From contig CALEHF010000226.1 in assembly GCA_937876125.1 (NCBI GenBank), positions 1-51,930 of the forward strand: a stretch of DNA of 51,930 nt, in the 5' to 3' direction. The first letter of the stretch is position 1. Every line of letters begins with the position of its first letter. The notes beneath the pieces were generated by a model that ran no database searches, was not told the origin of the DNA, and saw only the letters and a program-made list of their open reading frames with translations. Shown piece after piece: positions 35,484 through 43,813 of the stretch. This DNA comes from an uncultured bacterium. GTDB taxonomy: Bacteria > Planctomycetota > UBA8108 > UBA1146. A program made the position numbers and the translations under genes.

Positions 35484-38243
35484 TTACGCCTCGGCGGGGA
35501 CTCTGCGGGGCTTCCGAAGGAATCGAGACGCGATCCACAGAAGGAGCAGTACTCCTCCCACCCAGGTGTAGCTCGGCACGCCAACTGTGGCGGCGCCGGG
35601 ATTCCCTCTGGCGATCACCGGGTGGTGGCCGAGGCCGAAGACGATCAACGATGACCGGTGTGCGGGGTCGAGTTCCGCTCCAGCAATATGGAGGGCGCGG
35701 AGCGCTGCCGCGGGCGTGGCTCCCCGGGCGATCTCTTCGTGAAGGATCGTCGACGCGTCGAGGGTCGCGCGATACGACAGGTCCCCGAGCGACACGACCA
35801 CTGCGTCCGCTCCACTGCGCAGGAACGAACCGACGAGATCTGCCGACCCCGGGTCCCCCAGCCGCGGCGCCCCGGCGCCGCTCCCGCACGCGGTCGCGAG
35901 CACGCAGGGGGGAGCGGAGAGCCCTTCGATCAGGTTGCTGCCGATCACCCCCGGATCCCCGGCGAAGAGGAGAGCCGTGTTCCCGAGATTCTCGGAATCA
36001 CGAGCTCCGTGCAGGAGGACCTGAAGGACGGCGGTCTCGGCTGTAATGCTCCTCTTCGTCTCCGCCCACGTGGCCAGTGGACCGATCCGCACGGAACTCT
36101 TCTTGTAGGCTGCGACTCTCGCGCGCGCCTCGCTCTCGCTCATTGTGATAGCGCTCGCTTGGGGGAAGCGACTTTCAGTCAGAGGAGCGAGGGTCGGGGC
36201 GGCGATGAAGACTGCGTGCTCTCGGGTCAGGGCCCCGCGCGCCGCGCGCCGGTCAGCGAGGAACAGCCCCACCGACAACGACGGAAGGATCGAGATCGGG
36301 GTGCGAGAGCCGAGGGTCTTGCCATCGGAAAAGCGCAGCTCGGAGACGGGGAAGTTTCTGAGGAGGTCGAGTCCTACGAGGGTCAGAGTGTCCCACGAGG
36401 CGATGCGATCCTGAACTTCATCGGGCAGCAGGAGAGCGGAGAATGCGCGACTGAGAGCCGCATGCTTTTCGAGGCGTGTCTCGCTGGGAACGGTTCCCGC
36501 CGGCGGCACTCGACTGTGGAATGAGTTGAAAGCCTTTCGCGCGCGCTCGATGGCATCGCGAGAAGGCAGTCGATGGTGCGTGATCTTCTTGCCATCGACC
36601 AGGACGACATGAGTCCGGTCAGAGGCGGGGAGGTAGAGCGCGATGCCTCCGTTTCCACCGAGCGCTCCATCGGCACCGAGCAATCTGGCGCGGACCGCGG
36701 CCAGAGTCGGCTCAGGGGCATCGAACTCGCGGTGCAGCTCTCCGAGGGTTCCGAGGTCGGCGAGAATCTCGTAGGCGGGGCGGCCACTCTCTGAGTCATC
36801 GCGTGATTCTCCCGCGATCGCGAGCGCGGTCTCGATCCGTTCGGAGTGGAGGAGCCGAACGCGTTCGTAGTGAAGGATTCCGGAGCCGGAACGCTCGTCC
36901 TCGGGCGAGACGTACAGCGACGCGCGGACCTCGTCCCAAGCGGCATCGAGGAGAGCCTTCGCCTCACCGAACGACTCGGGACCGTTCTCGCGCAAGATGC
37001 GGGCGCGACTCGCCGCAGAGTAGGCGCGTTCGAGTTCGACGGGGGGGGAAGGCAGTGCATCGAGCGCCTCGGCGGCTCCTCGCCAGTCTCCCAGGTTGGT
37101 CCTTTGGTGGGCGAGTCGGAGCAGGCACGCCTGGCGTATCGCGGGGGGGGTCGTTTGTTCAGCGACCAGGCTCTCGAAGATCACGTGAGATGCGATGTCG
37201 AACTTCGCACCGAGTGGCTCCTCGGCCATGCGTGCGATGCCGCGATGAAGTTCGAGCTCCGCGATGAAGACGGGCGCCTTCTCCGTGAGCTCGGGGATCG
37301 CCAAAGTCTCGTCGATGAGCCGCTCGAGGAATGCCGCCCGATCGGTCGCGAGATACAGCATCAGGCGGTGGAGGATCGAACGCCGCCTCGAGAGGAGATG
37401 ACTCTGGAGCTCGAAGCCCAGCTTGTCCGAGAACTGCTGCTCGTCGTCGAACGCCGCGGCGGCGACCTCGATCCGCCCCAGCTCGAGCGCGTAGAGTCCG
37501 CGGAGACCGGCGGCAGTGGCTCGATCGAGATCGTCCTTGGCGGCGGCGGCTCCGAGGATCGCTGCCTCGGCGCGAGTCCAGTGCCGCTTGCGGATCTCGA
37601 TCACTCCGATCGCGCGCTGCACATCGGTGACGAGATCGCTTTCGCCGAGGTCGGCGAGGGTGAGTTCGACGTGGGCGCGGGCCGCCTCGAGATCACGGGC
37701 GGCGATTTCTGGGATCAGGCCGATCCGCGCGGTCGCTCGATTGCGCGCCCCTTTCTTCTCGTCGCCCATGTGGTCGCAGGCCTCGATCGCCAGCCTCCAC
37801 GCACGCTCGCTCTCGGATGAGTTCTGGGATGAGCGGGCGAGCCGCGAGGCACCCTCCCAGACACTCCAGGCGTAAATGGGATGCTCCGCGAGGCGGGGAC
37901 GGTAGGTCTCGAGTCGCTCCCGGACCGCGTCCCACTGCCCAGTCTCTGCGAAGTCTCTGACCTCGTAGTAGAGACTGATCGGAGGTTCTGTCGTCGTCGG
38001 AACCTGGGTCGGAGGATCCTGGGCTTCACTCGAGGAGATCCCGGCCGAGATGAGGGCAGCAACAGTGAAGAGAATGAGGGCGAAGGACCGCTGGGCGCCT
38101 CCTAGTTGGCTTCGGCCCGCCTCACTTGGACGCGCTCGGAATGCTCGAGCTCTTCGCCCATGGCTGACAACGACACGACGTTCCAATCGAACTCCCGCCA
38201 CGGGATCTCTACGGTGGGGGTCCACGACGTTCCCCGGATCCAC
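35484..38243 (-). CDS. TPR-like + CHAT (caspase-like) protease domain protein with signal peptide and C-terminal TM helix. Coordinates are the maximal ORF; real coding appears to begin near 38100.
   Basis: CHAT His/Cys dyad context (VLQVLLHGARD ... PCVLATACGSGAG). Long helical repeat region. C-terminal WVGGVLLLLWIASRFLRKPRR. Codon position-3 composition of 38105-38243 fits the anti-sigma frame, not this frame. Confidence 0.75.
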   Translation of the reverse strand: MDPGNVVDPHRRDPVAGVRLERRVVVSHGRRARAFRARPSEAGRSQLGGAQRSFALILFTVAALISAGISSSEAQDPPTQVPTTTEPPISLYYEVRDFAETGQWDAVRERLETYRPRLAEHPIYAWSVWEGASRLARSSQNSSESERAWRLAIEACDHMGDEKKGARNRATARIGLIPEIAARDLEAARAHVELTLADLGESDLVTDVQRAIGVIEIRKRHWTRAEAAILGAAAAKDDLDRATAAGLRGLYALELGRIEVAAAAFDDEQQFSDKLGFELQSHLLSRRRSILHRLMLYLATDRAAFLERLIDETLAIPELTEKAPVFIAELELHRGIARMAEEPLGAKFDIASHVIFESLVAEQTTPPAIRQACLLRLAHQRTNLGDWRGAAEALDALPSPPVELERAYSAASRARILRENGPESFGEAKALLDAAWDEVRASLYVSPEDERSGSGILHYERVRLLHSERIETALAIAGESRDDSESGRPAYEILADLGTLGELHREFDAPEPTLAAVRARLLGADGALGGNGGIALYLPASDRTHVVLVDGKKITHHRLPSRDAIERARKAFNSFHSRVPPAGTVPSETRLEKHAALSRAFSALLLPDEVQDRIASWDTLTLVGLDLLRNFPVSELRFSDGKTLGSRTPISILPSLSVGLFLADRRAARGALTREHAVFIAAPTLAPLTESRFPQASAITMSESEARARVAAYKKSSVRIGPLATWAETKRSITAETAVLQVLLHGARDSENLGNTALLFAGDPGVIGSNLIEGLSAPPCVLATACGSGAGAPRLGDPGSADLVGSFLRSGADAVVVSLGDLSYRATLDASTILHEEIARGATPAAALRALHIAGAELDPAHRSSLIVFGLGHHPVIARGNPGAATVGVPSYTWVGGVLLLLWIASRFLRKPRRVPAEA

Positions 38244-38839
38244 CCCTCCACCATAATCGGTTCTGCGTCGAGATCAGAGTCTGCGGCGAAGATCCGGACC
38301 GTGAAGCTCCCGCCGGCTGGCCGGGTGCCGGTCCAACTGAACTCAAGGATCTCGGAGACGGTGCCGGCGGGCGAGAGGTCAACCAGGCCGTCCGTGCCGA
38401 GGATGCGATCCTCCGGGTCCGGGTTGTTCGAATCGCTGCCGAGCTCACCGACGATGAAGACCGCGGCTGCCAGACAGAGCACAACGATCGCGGCGGCGAG
38501 GGGGCGGGCCAGTCGATGGCGACGCGCTTCGAGAGAGAGCGGCCTCCGCGCTCTGGAGGGGTCAGCGCCTGCCTGATCTTGAAGGGCCCGATCTCGGAGG
38601 ATGCGATCGACATCGGCGAGGCCGGGAGCGTCGCCGACCTCCCGAGCTGCTGCCAAATCTCGACGCTCCTGCTCGGCGACCGCGTCGAGGCTTCGCGCGA
38701 CTCCCTCGAGCTCCTCGAGCCGCGTGCGGCAATCGGCGCAGGAACTGAGGAGTTCGACCATCTCGGGGGCATCTTTGGTCAGGTCGCCAACCAAGAGACT
38801 CATGAGCAACGACTCGTGGTGCGGGTCGTGCGCGTTCAT
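38102..38839 (-). CDS. single-pass anti-sigma factor (N-terminal CxxC anti-sigma domain, TM, periplasmic C-terminal domain)
   Basis: Start placed at ATG 38839, overlapping the sigma stop (ATGA). LLSSCADCRTRLEEL, TM LAAAIVVLCLAAAVFIV. Position directly downstream of the ECF sigma gene. Confidence 0.65.
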   Translation of the reverse strand: MNAHDPHHESLLMSLLVGDLTKDAPEMVELLSSCADCRTRLEELEGVARSLDAVAEQERRDLAAAREVGDAPGLADVDRILRDRALQDQAGADPSRARRPLSLEARRHRLARPLAAAIVVLCLAAAVFIVGELGSDSNNPDPEDRILGTDGLVDLSPAGTVSEILEFSWTGTRPAGGSFTVRIFAADSDLDAEPIMVEGWIRGTSWTPTVEIPWREFDWNVVSLSAMGEELEHSERVQVRRAEAN

Positions 38840-39441
38840 TCCATCCCCTCTCCGAGGGAGCGCAGACGCTGCCGCAGCCACTCGAGGCCGCGGTAGTAGT
38901 GCGTCTTTGCAGTGTTTGTCGGGATTCCCAAGAGACTGCCGATCTCGGGGAACGTCCGCTCCTCGAAGTGCTTGAGGCGGATCACCTCTGAGCCGGGGGG
39001 GCCGAGTTCGCTGAGCCCAATTTCGATCGCTTCGTGCTCTATCGCCAACGAAACCTCCGCCGCGGGTAGCTCTTCGAAAATTAGCGCGGACGCGCCGGGG
39101 CCGATTTCTCTTCCGCGATAGACCCGCCGGAAGCAGTTCCGGGATTCGAGCCAACAAAACCGGTACGTCCAGGTTTCTAGTGTCGCCCGCCCCTCGAATG
39201 TTTTCAGTTTTTCCCAGATGAGGACCAGGACGTCCTGGCTGAGGTCGGCGAGATCGGCAGGGGTGAGGACGCGCCCGGCCCGCTCGTTGAGGGTGTGAAG
39301 GATCCGTGGAACGCACTCGAGGCGCTTGATGAGGGCGTCGAGTGCGGCGGAGTCCCCGGCGAGGACAGCCTCCACGAGCGCGAGATCGGCGCGGTGAGCG
39401 CGCGCGCGCTCCTCCGCGTCGTCGCGAAGAGTCTCAGTCAT
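38836..39441 (-). CDS. ECF (group IV) sigma-70 family RNA polymerase sigma factor
   Basis: 201 aa. Region 2 (DVLVLIWEKLKTFEGRATLETWTYRF) and region 4 HTH (RLKHFEERTFPEIGSLLGIPTNTAKTHYYRGLEWLRQ). Confidence 0.9.
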   Translation of the reverse strand: MTETLRDDAEERARAHRADLALVEAVLAGDSAALDALIKRLECVPRILHTLNERAGRVLTPADLADLSQDVLVLIWEKLKTFEGRATLETWTYRFCWLESRNCFRRVYRGREIGPGASALIFEELPAAEVSLAIEHEAIEIGLSELGPPGSEVIRLKHFEERTFPEIGSLLGIPTNTAKTHYYRGLEWLRQRLRSLGEGME

Positions 39442-39511
39442 GCGGGATTCACTCTCTCCGAGGCGCCTCTCCCCGGGGGAGCGGGTTGGGGTGGCGGTGA
39501 GGGGCCTAATT

Positions 39512-39547
39512 GGAGCTTAGTGTCGGGGGTCCGGAGGTCTTGTCAAC
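39512..39547 (-). promoter_or_regulatory. promoter-like motif upstream of the ECF sigma operon (minus strand TTGACA-N15-CGACACTAAGCTCC)
   Basis: Lies 71-106 nt upstream of the sigma start. Shares the 17-18-nt core GGAGCT(T)AGTGTCGGGGG with 27569-27586. Confidence 0.4.
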
Positions 39548-39660
39548 GGGAGGTGGAGTTCCGTCCCTGGAGAATCGGCTGCTTCTCCGCCCCAGGTGGC
39601 CGGGAGCCCGGAACAGAGCGGTGGGAGTGATCTGCGGGAGCAATTCAGGACAAAAAGGTC

Positions 39661-39666
39661 TATAAT
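39661..39666 (+). promoter_or_regulatory. perfect TATAAT -10 hexamer upstream of the cytochrome gene
   Basis: TATAAT lies 66 nt before ATG 39732 in a GC-rich context. The -35 at 17-nt spacing (GAGCAA) is weak. Confidence 0.3.
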
Positions 39667-39731
39667 GGCGGGGTGCGCCTTTCCCCGTTTGGGGAGGGAG
39701 TTCGTCCCACTGTAGAGTCGGAGGTCACTCG

Positions 39732-41654
39732 ATGGTCCGCAGCTCAGTACTCATCCTTCCCTGCCTTCTAGGCCTCATCGCCACCTTTCTTCCCACAGGA
39801 CTCCTCGCACAGGTCACAGGTGTCGTTCGCGATGCCGGCTCGAACGCCCCGATCGAGGGTGCCCTCGTCTCGGTCCAAGCGACTGGAGTCCGAGTTCTGA
39901 CCGCCAGTGACGGCAGCTATCTGATCCCCGGCATCGCGGGCGAGGTGGTGATCGTCGCGGCGGTGCCCGGCGCCTACCACGCATCTCAAACCGTGCTCGC
40001 GCCGGCCACGGCAGTCGACCTCTCGGTGGAGATGGTGCCGATCGAAAGTGACCCCGCGTACGTTTGGCTCGGTCCCGACGATTGTGGGACGTGCCACCCC
40101 GATCAGTACGCCGAGTGGAACGGGTCCCCGATGCAGAAAGCGGGACTGAACACCTGGGTGTATGACATCTACGATGGCAGCGGCACTCCGGGGGGCCTGG
40201 GTGGCTTCGTTTACGAACGCGACTCCGTGTTCGCTGCGAGCAATCCGCATTCGGAGTGCGCCGCCTGTCACCAACCCGAGCCTTGGGTCGAGCAATCCCC
40301 CATCCCCCTGCAACCTCTGGACGTAGTCACCGACGGGATGGCGCACGGAGTCTCGTGCGAGGTGTGTCACAAGCTCGCAGCCGTGGACGCATCGAAGATC
40401 AACTTCCCCGGCATCGTTCCCGAATCGACCACGTTCATCCGCCCCTCGGGGGGAGCGCAAGTGGAGTTCGGAGTGCTTGGCGATTCGAACTTCGAGTTCC
40501 CGGGATTGATGCGCCCTGCGTTCAATCCCCAGTTGGTAGCGGAGGTGTGCGGAACCTGCCACCAGGACAAGAACGACCCCGACGAGGATGGCGACTTCGA
40601 AGAGGCGAACGGGGTGATCTCGGAGCCGACCTATCTCGAGTGGGTCGTTTCACCCTACGGCGACATCAACTCCCCTCTCTATCAAAGCTGTGTCGATTGC
40701 CACATGCCTCCTTCGGGGGCGGACCAGGTGAGCGTCTTTCTGTTCCCGCCGCTCCTGCGCGATCCGGCGACGATCCGGTCCCACGAGGTCCGTGGAACCA
40801 CGCCCCAATTCCTCGAGAACGCCGTCACCCTGGAGATCGCGACCGCAGTGGTCGGAAACGAACTCGTGGCCAGCGTGTCGATCACCAATGACCAGACGGG
40901 GCATCACGTTCCGACCGGAGTGACGATCCGAAACATGATCTTGGTAGTTGAGGCGACCAGGGTCGATGACGGCGCTCTCCTGCTCCACACCGGAACAGAA
41001 ACGGTGCACGCGCTCGGTGGAGTGGGGAGTCCGAGCCAAGGCTACTACGCGGGCCTTCCCGGAAAGCTGTTCGGGAAGGTGAACATTGCGGCGAGCGGGC
41101 AAAGCCCGACTTTCTTCACCGATGCCGTCTCGATCGTCTTCGACAATCGCATTCCGGCGCTCGAAACCGATACGACCTCGTACCCCTTCTTGCTGCCGAG
41201 TGGTGGCGGAACGCTGGAGGTCACGGCGCGGCTGATCTATCGCCGCTCCTGGCGGGCGCTGACCGATGCGAAAGGGTGGACCACGGATGGCCACGGCAAT
41301 CCCCTCGCCGACGTGCAAGGTCCTTACTTCGGTCATCTGATGGAGGAGAAGGCTTCGTCGATCGTTCTCCCATTCACCACGCCTGAATTCCGCCGCGGTG
41401 ATGCGAACGGCGATGCGGCGGTGGACCTCGCCGACGCGGTCTCCGTTCTCGAGTATCTCTTCATCGACGGAGATGCTCCGTTGTGCTTCGAAGCGGCGGA
41501 CGGGAACGACGATGCGATTCTCGATCTCGCCGACCCGATCCGAGTGTTGATGTACCTGTTCGGAGGCACGCCCCTGTCGGCGCCAGGAGCACTGGCGTGT
41601 GGACCCGATGCCGCGGGCTCCTTCAGCTCTTGCGCTTACTCCGGGTGTCCCTGA
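39732..41654 (+). CDS. secreted pentahaem c-type cytochrome (CarboxypepD_reg-like N-domain, multihaem core) with C-terminal dockerin-like 4-Cys module
   Basis: Signal peptide. Five CxxCH motifs (CGTCH, CAACH, CEVCH, CGTCH, CVDCH). Tail FRRGDANGDAAVDLADAVSVLEYLF...AADGNDDAILDLADPIRVLMYLF...CGPDAAGSFSSCAYSGCP. Confidence 0.85.
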   Translation: MVRSSVLILPCLLGLIATFLPTGLLAQVTGVVRDAGSNAPIEGALVSVQATGVRVLTASDGSYLIPGIAGEVVIVAAVPGAYHASQTVLAPATAVDLSVEMVPIESDPAYVWLGPDDCGTCHPDQYAEWNGSPMQKAGLNTWVYDIYDGSGTPGGLGGFVYERDSVFAASNPHSECAACHQPEPWVEQSPIPLQPLDVVTDGMAHGVSCEVCHKLAAVDASKINFPGIVPESTTFIRPSGGAQVEFGVLGDSNFEFPGLMRPAFNPQLVAEVCGTCHQDKNDPDEDGDFEEANGVISEPTYLEWVVSPYGDINSPLYQSCVDCHMPPSGADQVSVFLFPPLLRDPATIRSHEVRGTTPQFLENAVTLEIATAVVGNELVASVSITNDQTGHHVPTGVTIRNMILVVEATRVDDGALLLHTGTETVHALGGVGSPSQGYYAGLPGKLFGKVNIAASGQSPTFFTDAVSIVFDNRIPALETDTTSYPFLLPSGGGTLEVTARLIYRRSWRALTDAKGWTTDGHGNPLADVQGPYFGHLMEEKASSIVLPFTTPEFRRGDANGDAAVDLADAVSVLEYLFIDGDAPLCFEAADGNDDAILDLADPIRVLMYLFGGTPLSAPGALACGPDAAGSFSSCAYSGCP

Positions 41655-43765
41655 TGGGCTCCCGGCGCGAGCCGGACGCACCGCATGTGACCGTGGACCA
41701 TTCCGGCCCGCGGGTCGTGCCCCAGCCGCGACGCCCAGTCACGGGGCCGCCGCGGCCGGGGGGGCCCGCCCGGTGGCGCGCGGGGACGCTCGCGAGCGTG
41801 TACATCCTGATGGCGATCCACATCGTGCATTGGAAAGTCGCCGGAAAGACGCTCGCTCCCCTCGAACTGAACGAGGTGATGCACACCCTCGAACTCGGTG
41901 TGGTGACCGCCGGGTTCATCTTCATGAGCGTGGCGCTGCTTTCGGTCGTCATCTTCGGGCGGTTCTTCTGCTCGTGGGGATGCCACATTCTCGCCCTTGA
42001 AGATCTCTGCGCGTGGATCATGGCGAAGCTCCACATTCGACCGCGCCCGTTGCGATCACGACTGCTCCTCTGGGTCCCGCCGATAGCCTTCTCCTACATG
42101 TTCATCTGGCCACAACTCGCGCGGTGGGCCGTGCGGACTTGGCCGTCGGTCGAGAGCGTGGTCGGCGCGCGCCCCGAGTTCGTGCTCCGGATCGCAAAAG
42201 ACGGTGAGGGGTGGGCAAGCTTCGTCACCAGCGACTACTGGCGCAATCTCCCCAGCTGGCCGATCGCGGCGCTCACCTTCGCGGTGTGCGGTTTCGTGAT
42301 CGTCTACCTGCTCGGCTCACGTTCCTTCTGCCACTACGGCTGCCCCTACGGCGTCGTCTTCGCGCTCGCCGATCGAGTCGCGCCCGGCAAGATCAAGTTA
42401 AAGGGCACTTGCGTCCAGTGTGCGCAGTGCACCGCGGCATGCTCTTCGGGAATCGCCGTGCACAAGGAGATCGCAAAGTTCGGCCGCGTGGTGAGCCCTT
42501 CCTGCTTGAAGGATCTCGACTGTGTTCACAGTTGTCCTGAAGAAGCGATCGGGTTTGGATTCACGCGCCCGGGTGGAGTCGCATCACTCGGCAAGAATCG
42601 GGTGCGGAAACGCTTTGATTTCACTTTGCGCGAAGAGCTTCTGATGGCGCTCATGGTCATCTTGACGCTGCCGGTCTATCGAGGGCTCTACGATCGAATT
42701 CCGTTCCTTCTCACTCTCGCGCTCGGTGCGATTCACGGGTACTTGGCCGTGATGGCGGTACGCCTGCTCAAGAAGCAACGACTGAGCCTACGTGGCACCA
42801 CACTCAAGCGCGATGGGCAGCTGACAGTCGCCGGTGGCTTCTTCGCGGGCATCCTGATCGCGGTGGGGGCGCTCTTCTGTCACAGCGGGGCAATTCGGGC
42901 GAGCGAGCACCTCGGCGAGTCTGCGTTCGCACAGGCGCGGAGCCACTGGCTGCGCGGAGCAGAGGCGCCCGATCCGTTGGTCGATCGCGCGCGTCGTCAC
43001 CTCGAACGACGCCAGAACTGGGGGATGATCGACAGCATGCCCCTCGAGCGCATGATCGCGGAGCTCGAGAGGCACCGAGGAGAAGTCGAAAGCGCCGAGG
43101 TGCGGCTCGGGAAGATCCTTCGGGTGAACCCCGCTGACTGGGACACACGCCTGCAGCTCGGGCGGTCCTTCGCTCTTCGAGGCGCCCACGACGAGGCTCG
43201 TCACGCTCTCGAACCGATCGTGCGCAAGGGCTCCGAAAGCGGCCATGCTCGGGGCGAGGCGCGTCGCCTGCTCGCTTCGATGCACCTGGTCGAAACGGAT
43301 AGCTCGGCGGCAGAAGCGGAGCTCTTGCTCTCGATCGAAGAGTCTCCGGACGAAGTGCTGAGCCATGCTGCGCTCGCCGAACTTTGGGCAAAGCGGGGAG
43401 AATTGGTGCGGGCAGAAGCTGTTCTCCGCGAAGCGATCGTCGCTGCGCCCCAGTGGCCTGAAGCGCATCGTCGGCTCGGCCTGGTGCTTCTCGCCCGTGG
43501 CGTCGTGCCCGAGGCTCTCGCCGCATTGCGCGGAGCCATCGATCGTGCGCCCCTCGACCCGGGGCTCGAGGTCGATCTCGGTCGTGCGCTCGCAGGAACC
43601 GGTGATTTGTCGGGGGCGGAGCGCTCCTTCCGCCGAGCACTCGAGCACGACCCTGAGTTTCTCCTCGCTCACTTCTGCCTCGGGCACCTGCTCACTGATC
43701 TTGGCCGGGCCGACGAAGCGCGGCCTTACCTGCACGCGGTGAATGCGTCGCAGCCGGTTCCATAA
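41654..43765 (+). CDS. NapH/MauN-like membrane polyferredoxin (4Fe-4S) fused to a C-terminal TPR domain
   Basis: Start placed at ATG 41654, overlapping the cytochrome stop (TGATG). RFFCSWGCH, CHYGCPYG, CVQCAQCTAACSSG, CLKDLDCVHSCPEEAI. C-terminal TPR-like helices. Confidence 0.75.
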   Translation: MGSRREPDAPHVTVDHSGPRVVPQPRRPVTGPPRPGGPARWRAGTLASVYILMAIHIVHWKVAGKTLAPLELNEVMHTLELGVVTAGFIFMSVALLSVVIFGRFFCSWGCHILALEDLCAWIMAKLHIRPRPLRSRLLLWVPPIAFSYMFIWPQLARWAVRTWPSVESVVGARPEFVLRIAKDGEGWASFVTSDYWRNLPSWPIAALTFAVCGFVIVYLLGSRSFCHYGCPYGVVFALADRVAPGKIKLKGTCVQCAQCTAACSSGIAVHKEIAKFGRVVSPSCLKDLDCVHSCPEEAIGFGFTRPGGVASLGKNRVRKRFDFTLREELLMALMVILTLPVYRGLYDRIPFLLTLALGAIHGYLAVMAVRLLKKQRLSLRGTTLKRDGQLTVAGGFFAGILIAVGALFCHSGAIRASEHLGESAFAQARSHWLRGAEAPDPLVDRARRHLERRQNWGMIDSMPLERMIAELERHRGEVESAEVRLGKILRVNPADWDTRLQLGRSFALRGAHDEARHALEPIVRKGSESGHARGEARRLLASMHLVETDSSAAEAELLLSIEESPDEVLSHAALAELWAKRGELVRAEAVLREAIVAAPQWPEAHRRLGLVLLARGVVPEALAALRGAIDRAPLDPGLEVDLGRALAGTGDLSGAERSFRRALEHDPEFLLAHFCLGHLLTDLGRADEARPYLHAVNASQPVP

Positions 43766-43813
43766 ACCATTCCACGCCCCCCTGGGGGGGGCAGAAACGC
43801 GAGGGTGTTCGTC

